Shown: in pieces, positions 12,301 to 23,139 of the stretch
Position numbering within the stretch: the stretch's first letter is position 1
How the letters are laid out: every line of letters begins with the position of its first letter
DNA from: Eledone cirrhosa
Taxonomy: Eukaryota
Length of the DNA: 64,000 nucleotides
Reading direction: 5' to 3'
NCBI GenBank assembly: GCA_964016885.1
Contig: OZ024757.1
Span: 5,332,001 to 5,396,000 of the forward strand
The notes under the pieces: generated by a model
What the model was told of the DNA's origin: nothing
The model's input: the letters and a program-made list of their open reading frames with translations, nothing else
Databases searched by the model: none
Position numbers and translations under genes: made by a program

Positions 12301-13143
12301 GCAAGAATAGCAACGATTGTAGATATATATGGATGAATGAACGAGGTTTTAAGGAGACAAGAAGAAAATGTTCTATAATACATTACATTTTCGTAGAATC
12401 GACTGACCATTTAATAAGGGTTGACAAGTTATAGTAATAATTATAGTAATAATAATAAATTTGAAGACTAAAATATATATATATATGATAATAATAATAA
12501 TTGTTATAAAATAAAAAGGAGGATATGTTGTCTTAAGTGGTCCCCAACATTTTCTGCTTCAAATTAACCCCTATTATATACAAATTGCAACGTATACCTT
12601 CCTGCCAGATGGTTGAACGTGCGAAAGTATATAATTTCCTTATGCATATTAACGGCTGAGTAGCCCAATTTGCATATCGGCAGGAAGGTATACGTTGCTG
12701 ATGATAGCTAACAAGCTTGAAACTAGTACAGCGTTTCTTTGTCAGTGTTGAACAAACGAGCAACGATGGTTGCTGGACACTACGGCTTAATTTCGGATGT
12801 TTGTTTACAAACACACCGAGCATTGTAGTGAATGTTTGGTGAATCCATACGTACATATATATATGTGTGCATGTATGTATATATATATACATACTACTGT
12901 ACGTCTGTATACATATATGTATGTACGTATACATACTTATATTTAAGTTACAGCCGTACTAAGAGTGGGAAATGAAATTTCGTTTCATTTTTTTCGTTTA
13001 TATATATATATATGTGAAGTAATTCCGTCGGAAAAGTCCAGGAAAAAAGAGTGCTCTATGTAGGTAACAGAGCTTAATAGTTATGTAATAAACAACATAA
13101 GGCAATTATTTCATTTACCAGTGGTTTCTTAAAAGCAAACAAA

Positions 13144-13660
13144 TTTTAGAGAGTGAGGTACCACAGACATCACAGTGATATGGTTCCTCACCTGTATATG
13201 TTAGTGTGTAGTGAAGCCACAACATTTAGAGAGTGAGGTACCACAGACATCACAGTGATATGGTTCCTCTCCTGTATATGTTAGTGTGTCGTGAAGCCAC
13301 AACATTTAGAGAGTGAGGTACCACAGACACCACAGTGATATGGTTCCTCTCCTGTATATGTTAGTGTGTAGTGAAGCCACAACATTTAGAGAGTGAGGTA
13401 CCACAGACATCACAGTGATATGGTTCCTCTCCTGTATATGTTAGTGTGTAGTAAAGTCACAGAATTTAGAGAAGCATTTACCACAGACATCATAGTGATA
13501 TAGTTCCTCTCCTGTATATGTTAGTGTGTAGTAAAGCCACAACATTTAGAGAAAGATTTACCAAATATATCAAAGTGATATGGCTTCCCAGCTGTATGTA
13601 TATGTTTGTGTGTAGTTAATGTAACATTCAAAGAGAATGGTTTCTCTCACATGTCACAAT
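13144..13660 (-). pseudogene. C2H2 zinc-finger pseudogene amplified as an 80-bp minisatellite (about 6 units)
   Basis: Minus-strand unit translates TGEEPYHCDVCGTSLSKCCGFTTH*; units in phase at 13151, 13231, 13311, 13391, 13471 and 13551. Confidence 0.9.
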
Positions 13661-13662
13661 GA

Positions 13663-14494
13663 GCTAATACCGCTGCTGGACACAAAAAGTTTCTCTAAAA
13701 ATGAAAGGCAGGTTGTATGATGCGTGCATACGAACAGCAATGTTACATGGCAGTGAGACATGGGCATTGTGTGCAGAGGACCTGCACAGATTGGAAAGGA
13801 ACGAAGCATGCATACTCCGTTGGATGTGTAATTGTAATATACATGAACGGCAAAACATAAACAAACTAATTGAGAATTAGGAATAAGAGGGATCAGATGC
13901 TGTTTACTTGAGAGAAGATTACGTTGGTATGGTCATGTGATGCGCATGAAAGATGACAGCTTTATAAAAAAGTGCAGGGTGATCAAATTTGATGGAAGTT
14001 ATGGAGTAGGTAGACCCAGAAAAACCTGGGACGACATAAAATCCAACCTTGCACACTTACACCTCTCTTAGACAATGTCACTGGATCGAGATCTATGGTG
14101 CCACACAGTAACAGAGAAGACCTGCCTTCCCTATGTGCAAAGTTAACCTACAGTCAGTAGGCCCCTCCTAACCAAATATACACCCCAACCCACAACCCCT
14201 ACTCCATGCTCCCACTCCCACCAAGACCACCCTGTCTCTGTAAAGCTATGTTGGTACCACAACATCCAGTCCAAACTAAAGAGGTCGTATAGGTGTCATC
14301 ACGAAAAGGCTCCCAGTCCACACTGGAAATGTGGTTGGTGTTAGGAAGGGCATCCAGCTGTAGAAAACCTGCCAGATACAGTCCTATACGAGCGAGACAC
14401 GGTCACCCGATCAATCTTGCCTCAAGTGGGACACCTCCTGTCTAACCCATGCTAGCGTGGAAGACAGACATTAAATGATAATGATGATGTTGAT
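13663..14494 (+). mobile_element. 5'-truncated older RTE LINE (subfamily C tail)
   Basis: Encodes MKGRLYDACIRTAMLHGSETWAL; 3' UTR with cacggtcacccga; degenerate (GAT)n tail. Confidence 0.9.
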
Positions 14495-15011
14495 ATATAG
14501 TGTATATAATAGTTGTAATGTCACTGGTGCTGATCTATATCAGCCTTTCCCTTGGACAACATGACATATAGTCTATATATATTGGACAATATTATATATA
14601 GTGTATATGTGGTGTATATAGTAGTTGTGACAATATTCTATATACATATGTACACACACACTGACAAACATGTATATACTTATAGAAGGGTCGGATGAGG
14701 AGTTCAAAGGCTGACCAAGTTACTCTCATGGAATGAGACAATGTATACACACAAATATATACTATATATATGTATACAAACACATATATATTGTATAGTG
14801 AAGCCATACAACATATGGTAATATCATGTTTTCAATTGTCAGTTAGGGAGGTACATTGTGTCCTTAAGCAAGACACATCATTCCACATGTCTCTAATCTC
14901 CACAGCTGAAAAAGACAAGTATCAGCTTTAGTTGGAGGTTTAGCATGGGTTGGATCATTCTCTGCCTCCAACATTTTCCCTGCAGCCACAAACCCAGGCT
15001 TTACTACCTGC

Positions 15012-15248
15012 AAGGGCATCCAGCTGTAGAAAGACCCGCTGTAATGTGGCCGTGTAGGCAACACGGTAAAAACCTCCCAGTCCCACACTGTAAATGTGGT
15101 GGTGTTAGGAAGGGCATCCAACTGTAGAAAACCTGCCAGACAGTCCTATGCGAGCAAGACAACCACTCTTGCCTCAAGTGGGAAAACTCCCGTGCAAACC
15201 CATGCAAGCGTGGAATATGGACGTTAAACGATGATGATGATGATGATA
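15012..15248 (+). mobile_element. RTE LINE 3' UTR fragment with (GAT)n tail
   Basis: Matches 5750-5968 and 29470-29720. Confidence 0.9.
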
Positions 15249-15779
15249 ATGCATATGTACTTACACACACATATTTATAAATGTGTATACATACACATAT
15301 ATATATATATAGGGATGTCATAGATCCTATTATGTGTTCAATTCTCAGTTAGGGAGGTACATTGTGTCCTTAAGCAAGACACATCATTCCACATGTCTCT
15401 AATCTCCACAGCTGAAAAAGATAAGTATCAGCTTTAGTTGGAGGTTTAGCATGGGTTGGATCATTCTCTGCCTCCAACATTTTCACTGCGGCCACAAACC
15501 CAGGCGTTACTACCTGCAATAGAGACAAGAGGGAGATATTTAAATACTGGGGCCTGACTCACCACTTCTCCTTTGTCCCCACACTGCTGATTTCCTCCTC
15601 AAAATTAGAAAGACAGCAGCCCCCTTGAGGAAGTAGTCTCATGAGGTGGGGTGGATGTTGTAGTGGGGGGTCTCTGGCTATTCTCTGTGGTAACACCTTT
15701 GCCATTTTGTCTGTAGGGTGGGGCTGAATCACAGCTCAGACTGAAATATAAAGTCTGTCCCTCTCCCGTTATTTTCGTT

Positions 15780-15964
15780 GGATTGGCAGTGTCGGTAGAG
15801 CGTCGGACGCCAAGCTTTGTAGCATAGAGTTACCTCCCTTTATGATCTGAGTTCAAATCCCGCCAGGGTTAACTTTATCTTTCATCCTTACGAGGTCGAT
15901 AAAATAAAGTACCAGTAATACACTAGGATGATTGCTGGCCTTGTGCCAAAAGTAGAAACAATTA
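15780..15964 (+). mobile_element. tRNA-headed SINE (family 1)
   Basis: A-box-like tggcagtgtcggt, B-box gagttcaaatcc, body tttcatccttacgaggtcgataaaataaagtaccagt. Confidence 0.85.
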
Positions 15965-16116
15965 TTTTCGTTGTTTGGTTCGTTTTTTTTCCATTACTTA
16001 AATATTTTATTACCTTTAATAATGTGTTTTGGTTTAATATGAACAGTTATATGAAATTAATAACGTTATTTATTTAAATCTGAATAAAGTACTAGCATAT
16101 CTATTGAACGTATGAA

Positions 16117-16597
16117 TCTAAACTATAATAAAAGGAGGAGCGTGGGACTGAGTACGGTTTATAATTTGTTATCCCCTTAGTAAAATAAGTTGGATTACTT
16201 TGAATAAATAATGAATGAATATTACATAATTTATCTACTAAATTTCGAGGCTGTTGATTAAATATATTTTGTTTATTTAAAGATTCACTTCTTTAAAATT
16301 TCTGAAATGTCAACACTTCCGGTTGGCCATCACTTCAATAAACTATTAATTTTCTGTCCCTAATCTTCTCCTAATGCAGTTTATATATAATATCGTCTTT
16401 ATTAATGTATCATGGATTACGTTACTGATTACATAAGACAGTGTAACACAGTCTTCGTTCAATTTCTGTGTATTATATATTGTCAATTATGATTTTATTT
16501 GATGTATCGTATCCTCATGTATATATACTTGTGTATAATATCAATATACACACTACACATGCTAGCAGAAAACCATCCGAAGGTGGTTTTCTGCTAG
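16117..16597 (+). mobile_element. Non-autonomous Helitron, 481 bp
   Basis: A^TCTAAACTATAATAAA 5' end; subterminal hairpin accatc-cgaa-ggtggt; CTAG^T 3' end; no TSD; empty site in the paralogue at about 16852-16880. Confidence 0.8.
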
Positions 16598-17676
16598 TTC
16601 ATATAACGGAAGTTGTTTCTGAATATATTAAAATTATGTAGGGGACTTTCAAGTCATGACACCGGTGTCAACTAGACAGTGGCTCCATCGTTACAACTTA
16701 TATCCATATTTATGTTTAACAAAATACTTTACATTTCCATTTCTTAAATATTTTATTACCTTTTATATTGTGTTTTGTTTTAATATGAACAACTATGTAA
16801 AATTAATAATGTTATTTATACAATTCTGAATAAAGAACTAACATATAGATTGAAGGTGTGAAGTAATATAACGGAAGTTGTTTCTGAATGTATTAAATTA
16901 TGTGGGGGACTTTTAAGTCATGACACCGGTGTCAACTAGACGGTGAAATATTACCATTTATATCAGCTCCATTGTTAAAACTTAAACCTCATCTAATTTT
17001 ACCTTTTATGGTGATTATTTCATATTAAGGTGGACGTTAATGTTTGTAAATAACATAAGGTGACTTATTTACCTTATAGTTGTTGTTTTATCACCTGTAT
17101 TATTAAATATTGAAGTGGTTGTTCAACATTTTACAGGACAGGAAAATATTATTTTAATCAGAAATCAGTGAACATTTAGTTTTTACTAACTTTTCTTGAC
17201 TTTATATTTGGTCTTAAACAAACATTGTGAACTTTTCTATCTGAAGTGAAATATCTTGATTTATTACAACACCTACACACATATTTCTACACACACACAC
17301 ACATATTTCTCTCTCTTATACCTACACACTGTATATCTGTATAGGTATGTATATATATTAACCTTCATCTTTTGAAATTATTCTCTTGTCACCTGAACTG
17401 TCCTCAATAACAAGAACCTTAACTATAGAAGTCTTATTCGTCTGTTTTATGAGCTGAGGATGTTATTGTAAATAGTGCTTCTCTCACTTTAACAAAAATG
17501 AAAGATACACACACACACATATATATATATAGTGCTATTGTATATATATATATATAAGCACTTGCTTTTTCTTCTTCCAAGATCAGTCTTACGCTTTCAT
17601 ACATCTTATTACTTTACCAACTGAATGCTACATTTCTTAATATATGAGTGGAAGTGGTGAGATTCCTTTATGAAAT

Positions 17677-18102
17677 ATGTCTGAATATAGCTGTGAGATT
17701 TGCAGGAAGACTTTCTCTTCAAAACTGAATCTATCCTCACACGAGAAAATCCACAGTAGAGAAAAACTCTTCCATTGTGAAATATGTGGGAAGTCTTTTA
17801 CTGATAATTCTAATCTTGTCGTCCACATACGGAGTCACACTGGAGAAAACCCCTTCCATTGTGAAATATGTGGGAAATATTTTTCTCAGAGTTCTCATCT
17901 TGAACCTCACAAAAGGACACACTCTGGTGAAAAACCCTTCCATTGTGAAATATGTGGGAAATCATTTTCTCAGAGTTATCATCTTGTAAGGCACAAAAGA
18001 ACACATACTGGGGTAAAACCTTATTCATTAGAAATATGTGGGAAATCTTTCACTGAGAATTCGTCACTGGTTGTTCACCTACGTAGTCAACAATTGCGGT
18101 AA
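17677..18102 (+). CDS. C2H2 (Kruppel-type) zinc-finger protein with 4 intact fingers, 1 degenerate finger and a remnant after the stop
   Basis: CxxC-12-HxxxH repeats with TGENPF, SGEKPF and TGVKPY linkers; possible splice acceptor ttttcttcttccaag ending at 17581; may be a decaying paralogue. Confidence 0.85.
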   Translation: MSEYSCEICRKTFSSKLNLSSHEKIHSREKLFHCEICGKSFTDNSNLVVHIRSHTGENPFHCEICGKYFSQSSHLEPHKRTHSGEKPFHCEICGKSFSQSYHLVRHKRTHTGVKPYSLEICGKSFTENSSLVVHLRSQQLR

Positions 18103-18319
18103 ACCCCGTCACTGTGAAATGTGAAAAACACAAATATTCAGACACACTTTGGAAGGCAGAATATAAAATGTGAAGCTTGAGAAATCTTATACATCTCAAC
18201 ATATATGTTGTGTATGTGTGTGTGTATATATATATATATTATTATTTTTAGTTTTTAATACATTACTCACAGCGATGAAATATACTGACATATATCAAAG
18301 ATTACCACAATAACTAGGG

Positions 18320-18545
18320 AGCGGAGGACAAGATATGTTGGACATTGCTGCTGAGGGTAGGATGAGCTGGCTATTGTGGTGGATACCTAAACATTGTGAG
18401 ACCCTAGTGGGATGACTGAGATTGACCTACATAGATCAGATGTCTCAGGATGTCTAGCTGGAGATTAATGATCTCAGGAATATCATGGAAGATCGTGACA
18501 TCTAAAAAAGAAGAGTACAATTGTTCTGGCCAATCCACCTGACCT
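18320..18545 (+). mobile_element. Old 3' fragment of a different RTE/RTE-X-like LINE
   Basis: Frameshifted translation RRTRYVGHCC...LLWWIPKH...LTYIDQMSQDV...DLRNIMEDRDI resembles an RTE-type C-terminus. Confidence 0.55.
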
Positions 18546-18551
18546 AATAAA

Positions 18552-18997
18552 TCTAAACTATAATAAAGTAAGGAGCGCGGGACTATGTACAGTTTATAAT
18601 TTTTATCCCATTAGTAAAATAAGTTGCATTACTTTGAATAAATCATGAATGAATATTGCATAATTTATCTACTAAATTTCGTGGCTATTGATTAAATATA
18701 TTTTGTTTATTTAAAGATTCTTTTCTGAAATGTCAACACTTCCGGTTGGCCATCGCTTAAATAAACATTCATATATTTCCGTCACTAATTTTCTCCTAAT
18801 GCAGTTTATATATAATATCGTCTTTTTTAATGTATCATGGATTACGTTACTGATTACATAAGACAGTGTAACACAGTCTTCGTTCAATTTCTATGTATTA
18901 TATATTGTCAATTATGATTTTATTTGATGTATCATATCTACATGTATATATACCTGCATATATTAACAATATACACACTACACATGCTAGCAGAAAA
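18552..18997 (+). mobile_element. Second copy of the Helitron, missing the 3' hairpin and terminus
   Basis: Collinear with 16117-16572; A^TC start; ends at gctagcagaaaa. Confidence 0.8.
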
Positions 18998-19170
18998 TAA
19001 TAATATTAATATATATTGATGAACATTTATTATGGTGAACATTTATTATGTTGGAAATCATTCTCAGAGATTTTGTATTGTAATTAACAAATACAGCCTG
19101 TAGAAAGTACCCCTTCATATTATTTGTCATTAAGGGCTATTACAGAGACATAATCTCATTTCATTGTTGA

Positions 19171-19525
19171 GGGTGGTGGATTTGCAGAATCAGTAGAGTG
19201 TCAGACGATATGCATTGTGTCATAAAGTTACAGTCCTTTATGTTCTGGGATTAAATCATGCCATGGTCAACTTTGACTTTCTTCCATTCAAGGTTGATAA
19301 AAAACAGTAACAGTAATGCACTGGGCCTGATTTAATTGGCATTCCCCTTTCTCTTCAAATTGCTGACCTTGAGTCAAAAGTAGAAGCATTTATTTAAAGT
19401 CTATAAAACAATAAATAGAATGTTTTCTGCCATATTTATCCTGGTTCTCTGCTCTCTGAGTTTAAATCCTGCTGAGGTCAACTTTCTTTGGTCCATTCAA
19501 GGTTGATAAAAAACAATACCAGTCT
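19171..19525 (+). mobile_element. Two older SINE family 1 copies in tandem (about 19171-19390 and 19440-19525)
   Basis: ggtcaacttt...ccattcaaggttgataaaaaaca..cagt occurs twice; degenerate A and B boxes. Confidence 0.6.
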
Positions 19526-19989
19526 ACCACAGGGGTCTGTCCTTCCTCTCTATATTTCTATCTCACTTCCTCCCTCTTATTCTCTCTCTTTCTCTGGAAG
19601 AAATCAACTGTTCAAACCTGGAGAGTGAAGGGCTCCACCAAGCTTCAAATGTCCACAGTGACACCCCTATGACTACATCATTAAAAAAAAAAAAAATTGA
19701 TGTGTTTATATGTGTTTATTTAGTAAACCTTAACTGGTTTATATTTATATTTATGACAAAATATCCACATTTATGTGTAAATAAAAACAATTGCATAACT
19801 TTAATATGTGTTGGATGGTACTTTCATGACAGTTGACATTTTGACTTTTTAAAAAAATAATTCACATTTGAAAATACTTTACAACTTTCTTCACTTTTTC
19901 TTCAGCCATTTATTTCTGAGAGGGTTGTAGAGGGTTGAGTCCTCACACACCCCTTCTAGGTCCTATGTGTGTAAAATTTCATCTTTACA

Positions 19990-20410
19990 CTACACATCAT
20001 CCTGCACACACCCACACACCACAACATACCACACCACACCACATGCCACACCACACCACACCACATACCACCACATACCACAACACACCACATACCACAC
20101 CACACCACATACTACACCATACCACACCACATACCACACCACACCACATACCACACCACACCACACTACAACACACATCACAGCACAACACACCCCACAC
20201 CATACCACAATATACCACACAACAACACACCACATACCACAACACACACCACACCACAACACACCACACCACATCACATACCACAACACACACCACATAC
20301 CACACCACACACCACATACCACAACACACCACATACCACACCACATAACACAACACACCATACCACACATCACAACACATACCACACCACACACCACACC
20401 ACAACACATA
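19990..20410. repeat. Degenerate pentanucleotide repeat (cacca/cacac/catac)n
   Basis: Directly visible; gives His/Thr and Cys/Val/Trp pseudo-ORFs. Confidence 0.95.
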
Positions 20411-21179
20411 CAAACCAGGTAGTTATACCAACCCAGTATCTTGGTTTTAGTGATTTTTTTGTAATAAATCTCAACATCTCAGACCTTACTTACCAAGTGG
20501 AGTGGAACTCATCAGATTGGACCAAGGAAACAATGTTTCCATTGGTCTTTCCAATTGATGATATTGAATCGGATTAGAAAGAAAGAAAAATAAAATAGAG
20601 AATATATTTATTTGCCGTTGTGTTGCCAAACGATGCCAAAAGCCATTGACCTACATCTTTGGTCAAGAAGGCCATTGGAGCGTCACTCACAGAAGCTGAT
20701 ACAGCGGCCAGCTTGACAGCATCTTCGGTTAAAGAAGGCGTTCGAGCCCCAGCAACCAGCCTGGCAGCCCGAATAGGAAGCAGTTTCAACTACCACCAAC
20801 ATCAACAAGAGGAAGGCAGTGACAGCAGCGGTGACATTAACAACAACAACATATATGTGTATACACCAACAACTTACCAGCAAACACAACCACTACCATT
20901 AACAAGAGGAAGCCAACTCCAGCATCAGTGACAATAACAACAACATATGTTTTCAGGATTGAAAGACTCACCTTTAGCCACAAGGTTCTATGAGAAACTG
21001 CTAACATGCTCGCATGTGTGCGTGCTGAAGTCTGGGTCTTCCCACTGGGAACAACCCTGTTTTCTTTTTTGTATATTCCTCCATTCATTCATTTATTTAT
21101 ATTGCTAACATTCTACCTTCTGTTGTCCCCCCCTCCATGCACCCTCTTCTTTTCTCTCTTGTCTTCTGACGCCTCCATA

Positions 21180-22380
21180 TCTGATGTAGGTGAGCTATGA
21201 GACCCGCTTATCAGCACTTTCCCTTCCACCCACACAGTTGTGTCCAGCACCGAGGCTGGTGGCAGCCAGCCACTCACCACTGATTCCGCTCCGTGCCCCA
21301 CGCCCTATCCTCTATCCCCACCAGTCGACACCTGCAGGACCTCGTCTGCCCAGCCACGGCCATCTAGCACACCACCAGATGAGACAGCGAGCTTGCCTGA
21401 TGCCCTAACGTCGCTGGTCACCATCGCTCGGCTCAGGCGATGCCGGAAGATACCACGCAGGCTCCTGAGAGCAGCACGGGTGCCGGTAGCCGATGCCCTT
21501 GCTTCGTCAATTAGGAGTGCACTGGAATCAAATCGAACCAGCGACTGGGTGCGACTCTTCTAATTTGTCCCACTTGACCTCGGCCTCCCCATCTCTGGTG
21601 CTGTCAGAGCCAGCCGGTCGACAGCAGCCTTTGTCAAGGCCAATGTTTCATCGTTTGGGCAAGGGCCCATTCCAAATGTGCCTAAGGACACCACATACCC
21701 CAATCCTCCACCCAATCCTCCACCCCTGAGGCCAGCACCAAGCATTTGCGTGAGCGTGTAAAAGTCAAATTAATCAGGGGTAATGTCTCGGCTGCAGTCA
21801 GAGTGGTTACCTCAGAGGACACTGTCCTCCAACCCACTGAGGAGGTCCTGGCTGCCCTGAGACTCAAGCACCCTGAACCACTCGCCGATCTCAGACCCAT
21901 AGCCCCACCCAATCCCCACTTGCTCCTTGTAGCTTCCAATGCAAACATCATGTCCGCCATCAAGTCCTTCCCAGCTAGCAGCAGCGGAGGTGCTGATGGT
22001 ATCTGGCCTGGCCACCTCAAGGTGTTGCTATCCCCCCACTCCGCAGAGACCGGGCACTGCCTTCTGAGTTCAATTGTGGCACTTAACAATAGGCTAATCC
22101 ATGGCGCCCTGGACCCTCACGCCCAAGGCCTCTTTTTCGGCTAGCCTGACCACTCTCAGGAAGAAAGAGGGTGGCATAGGCCCCATCTCTGGGGGCAATG
22201 TCTTCCAGGGGCTGGATGCCAAGCTGGTCTGCAGGTCCATAACACCTGAACTGGGCGAGGAGTTCAGTCCGGTGCAACTGGGTGTCTGCGTGTGAGGGGG
22301 CCACACGTGTAACCAGGCAGTTCCTCAACAGCCGCCCGCCGGAACTGGCATCCAGGGACTCCAGGCACCTCATTGTCAAC
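21180..22380 (+). mobile_element. CRE-clade-like non-LTR retrotransposon fragment (pre-RT region and N-terminal RT motifs), frameshifted
   Basis: GNVSAAVRV, LRLKHP, SFPASSSGGADGIWPGHLK, FFG-ASLTTLRKKEGGIGPI, SPVQLGVCVRG; GC-rich; may extend 5' to about 20610. Confidence 0.75.
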
Positions 22381-22528
22381 GTGGTTGGCATTAGGAAGGG
22401 CATCCAGCCATAGAAAACCAGCCAGAAACACCCCTATATGAGCTGTCACGGTCACCCGACACAACTTGCCTCAAAATAGGACCTGTGTAACCCATGGAAG
22501 ATAGATGTTAATCGATGATGATGATGAT
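22381..22528 (+). mobile_element. RTE 3' tail fragment (subfamily C)
   Basis: gtggttggcattaggaagggcatccagc...cacggtcacccga...(gat)n, as at 14331-14494. Confidence 0.85.
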
Positions 22529-22664
22529 ATATATGTAGTGTATACATAGTATGTATAGTGTGTATATATATATGATAAATGTTGGTGTCAAGCTGTTTCA
22601 GCCATTCCTCTGGACATTATATATAGTGTATGTATGTAGTATATATATATATATATATATATAT

Positions 22665-23092
22665 ATCATCATCATCATCATCATCATCATCAACGTCCGT
22701 GTTCCACGCTTGCATGGGTTTGGACGGGGGTTTTCCCACTTGAGGCAAGAGTGGTTGTCTTGCTCGCATAGGACTGTCTGGCAGGTTTTCTACAGCTGGA
22801 TGACCTTCCTAACATCAACCACATTTACAGTGTGGGTCTGGGAGGTTTTTACCGTGTTGCCTACACGGCCACATTACAGCGTGGACTGTGTGTTTTTTTG
22901 TCGTGACACCTACACGATCTCATTTGTTTCGGACTGGATGTTGTGGTACCAACATAACTTTACATAGGAGGGGGTGGTGTGGATGGAGTGGGGGTGGTGG
23001 GACGGGGGTGTGTTTTGTTAGAGATGCCTACTGACTGTAGTAGGTTTTACTATGTACTTAGGTAAGGCGGGTCTTCTCTATTACTGAGTACC

Positions 23093-23096
<4 letters not shown>
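22665..23096 (-). mobile_element. RTE LINE 3' end (subfamily A)
   Basis: Near-identical to 8569-8975. Confidence 0.9.
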
Positions 23097-23136
<40 letters not shown>

Positions 23137-23139
<3 letters not shown>

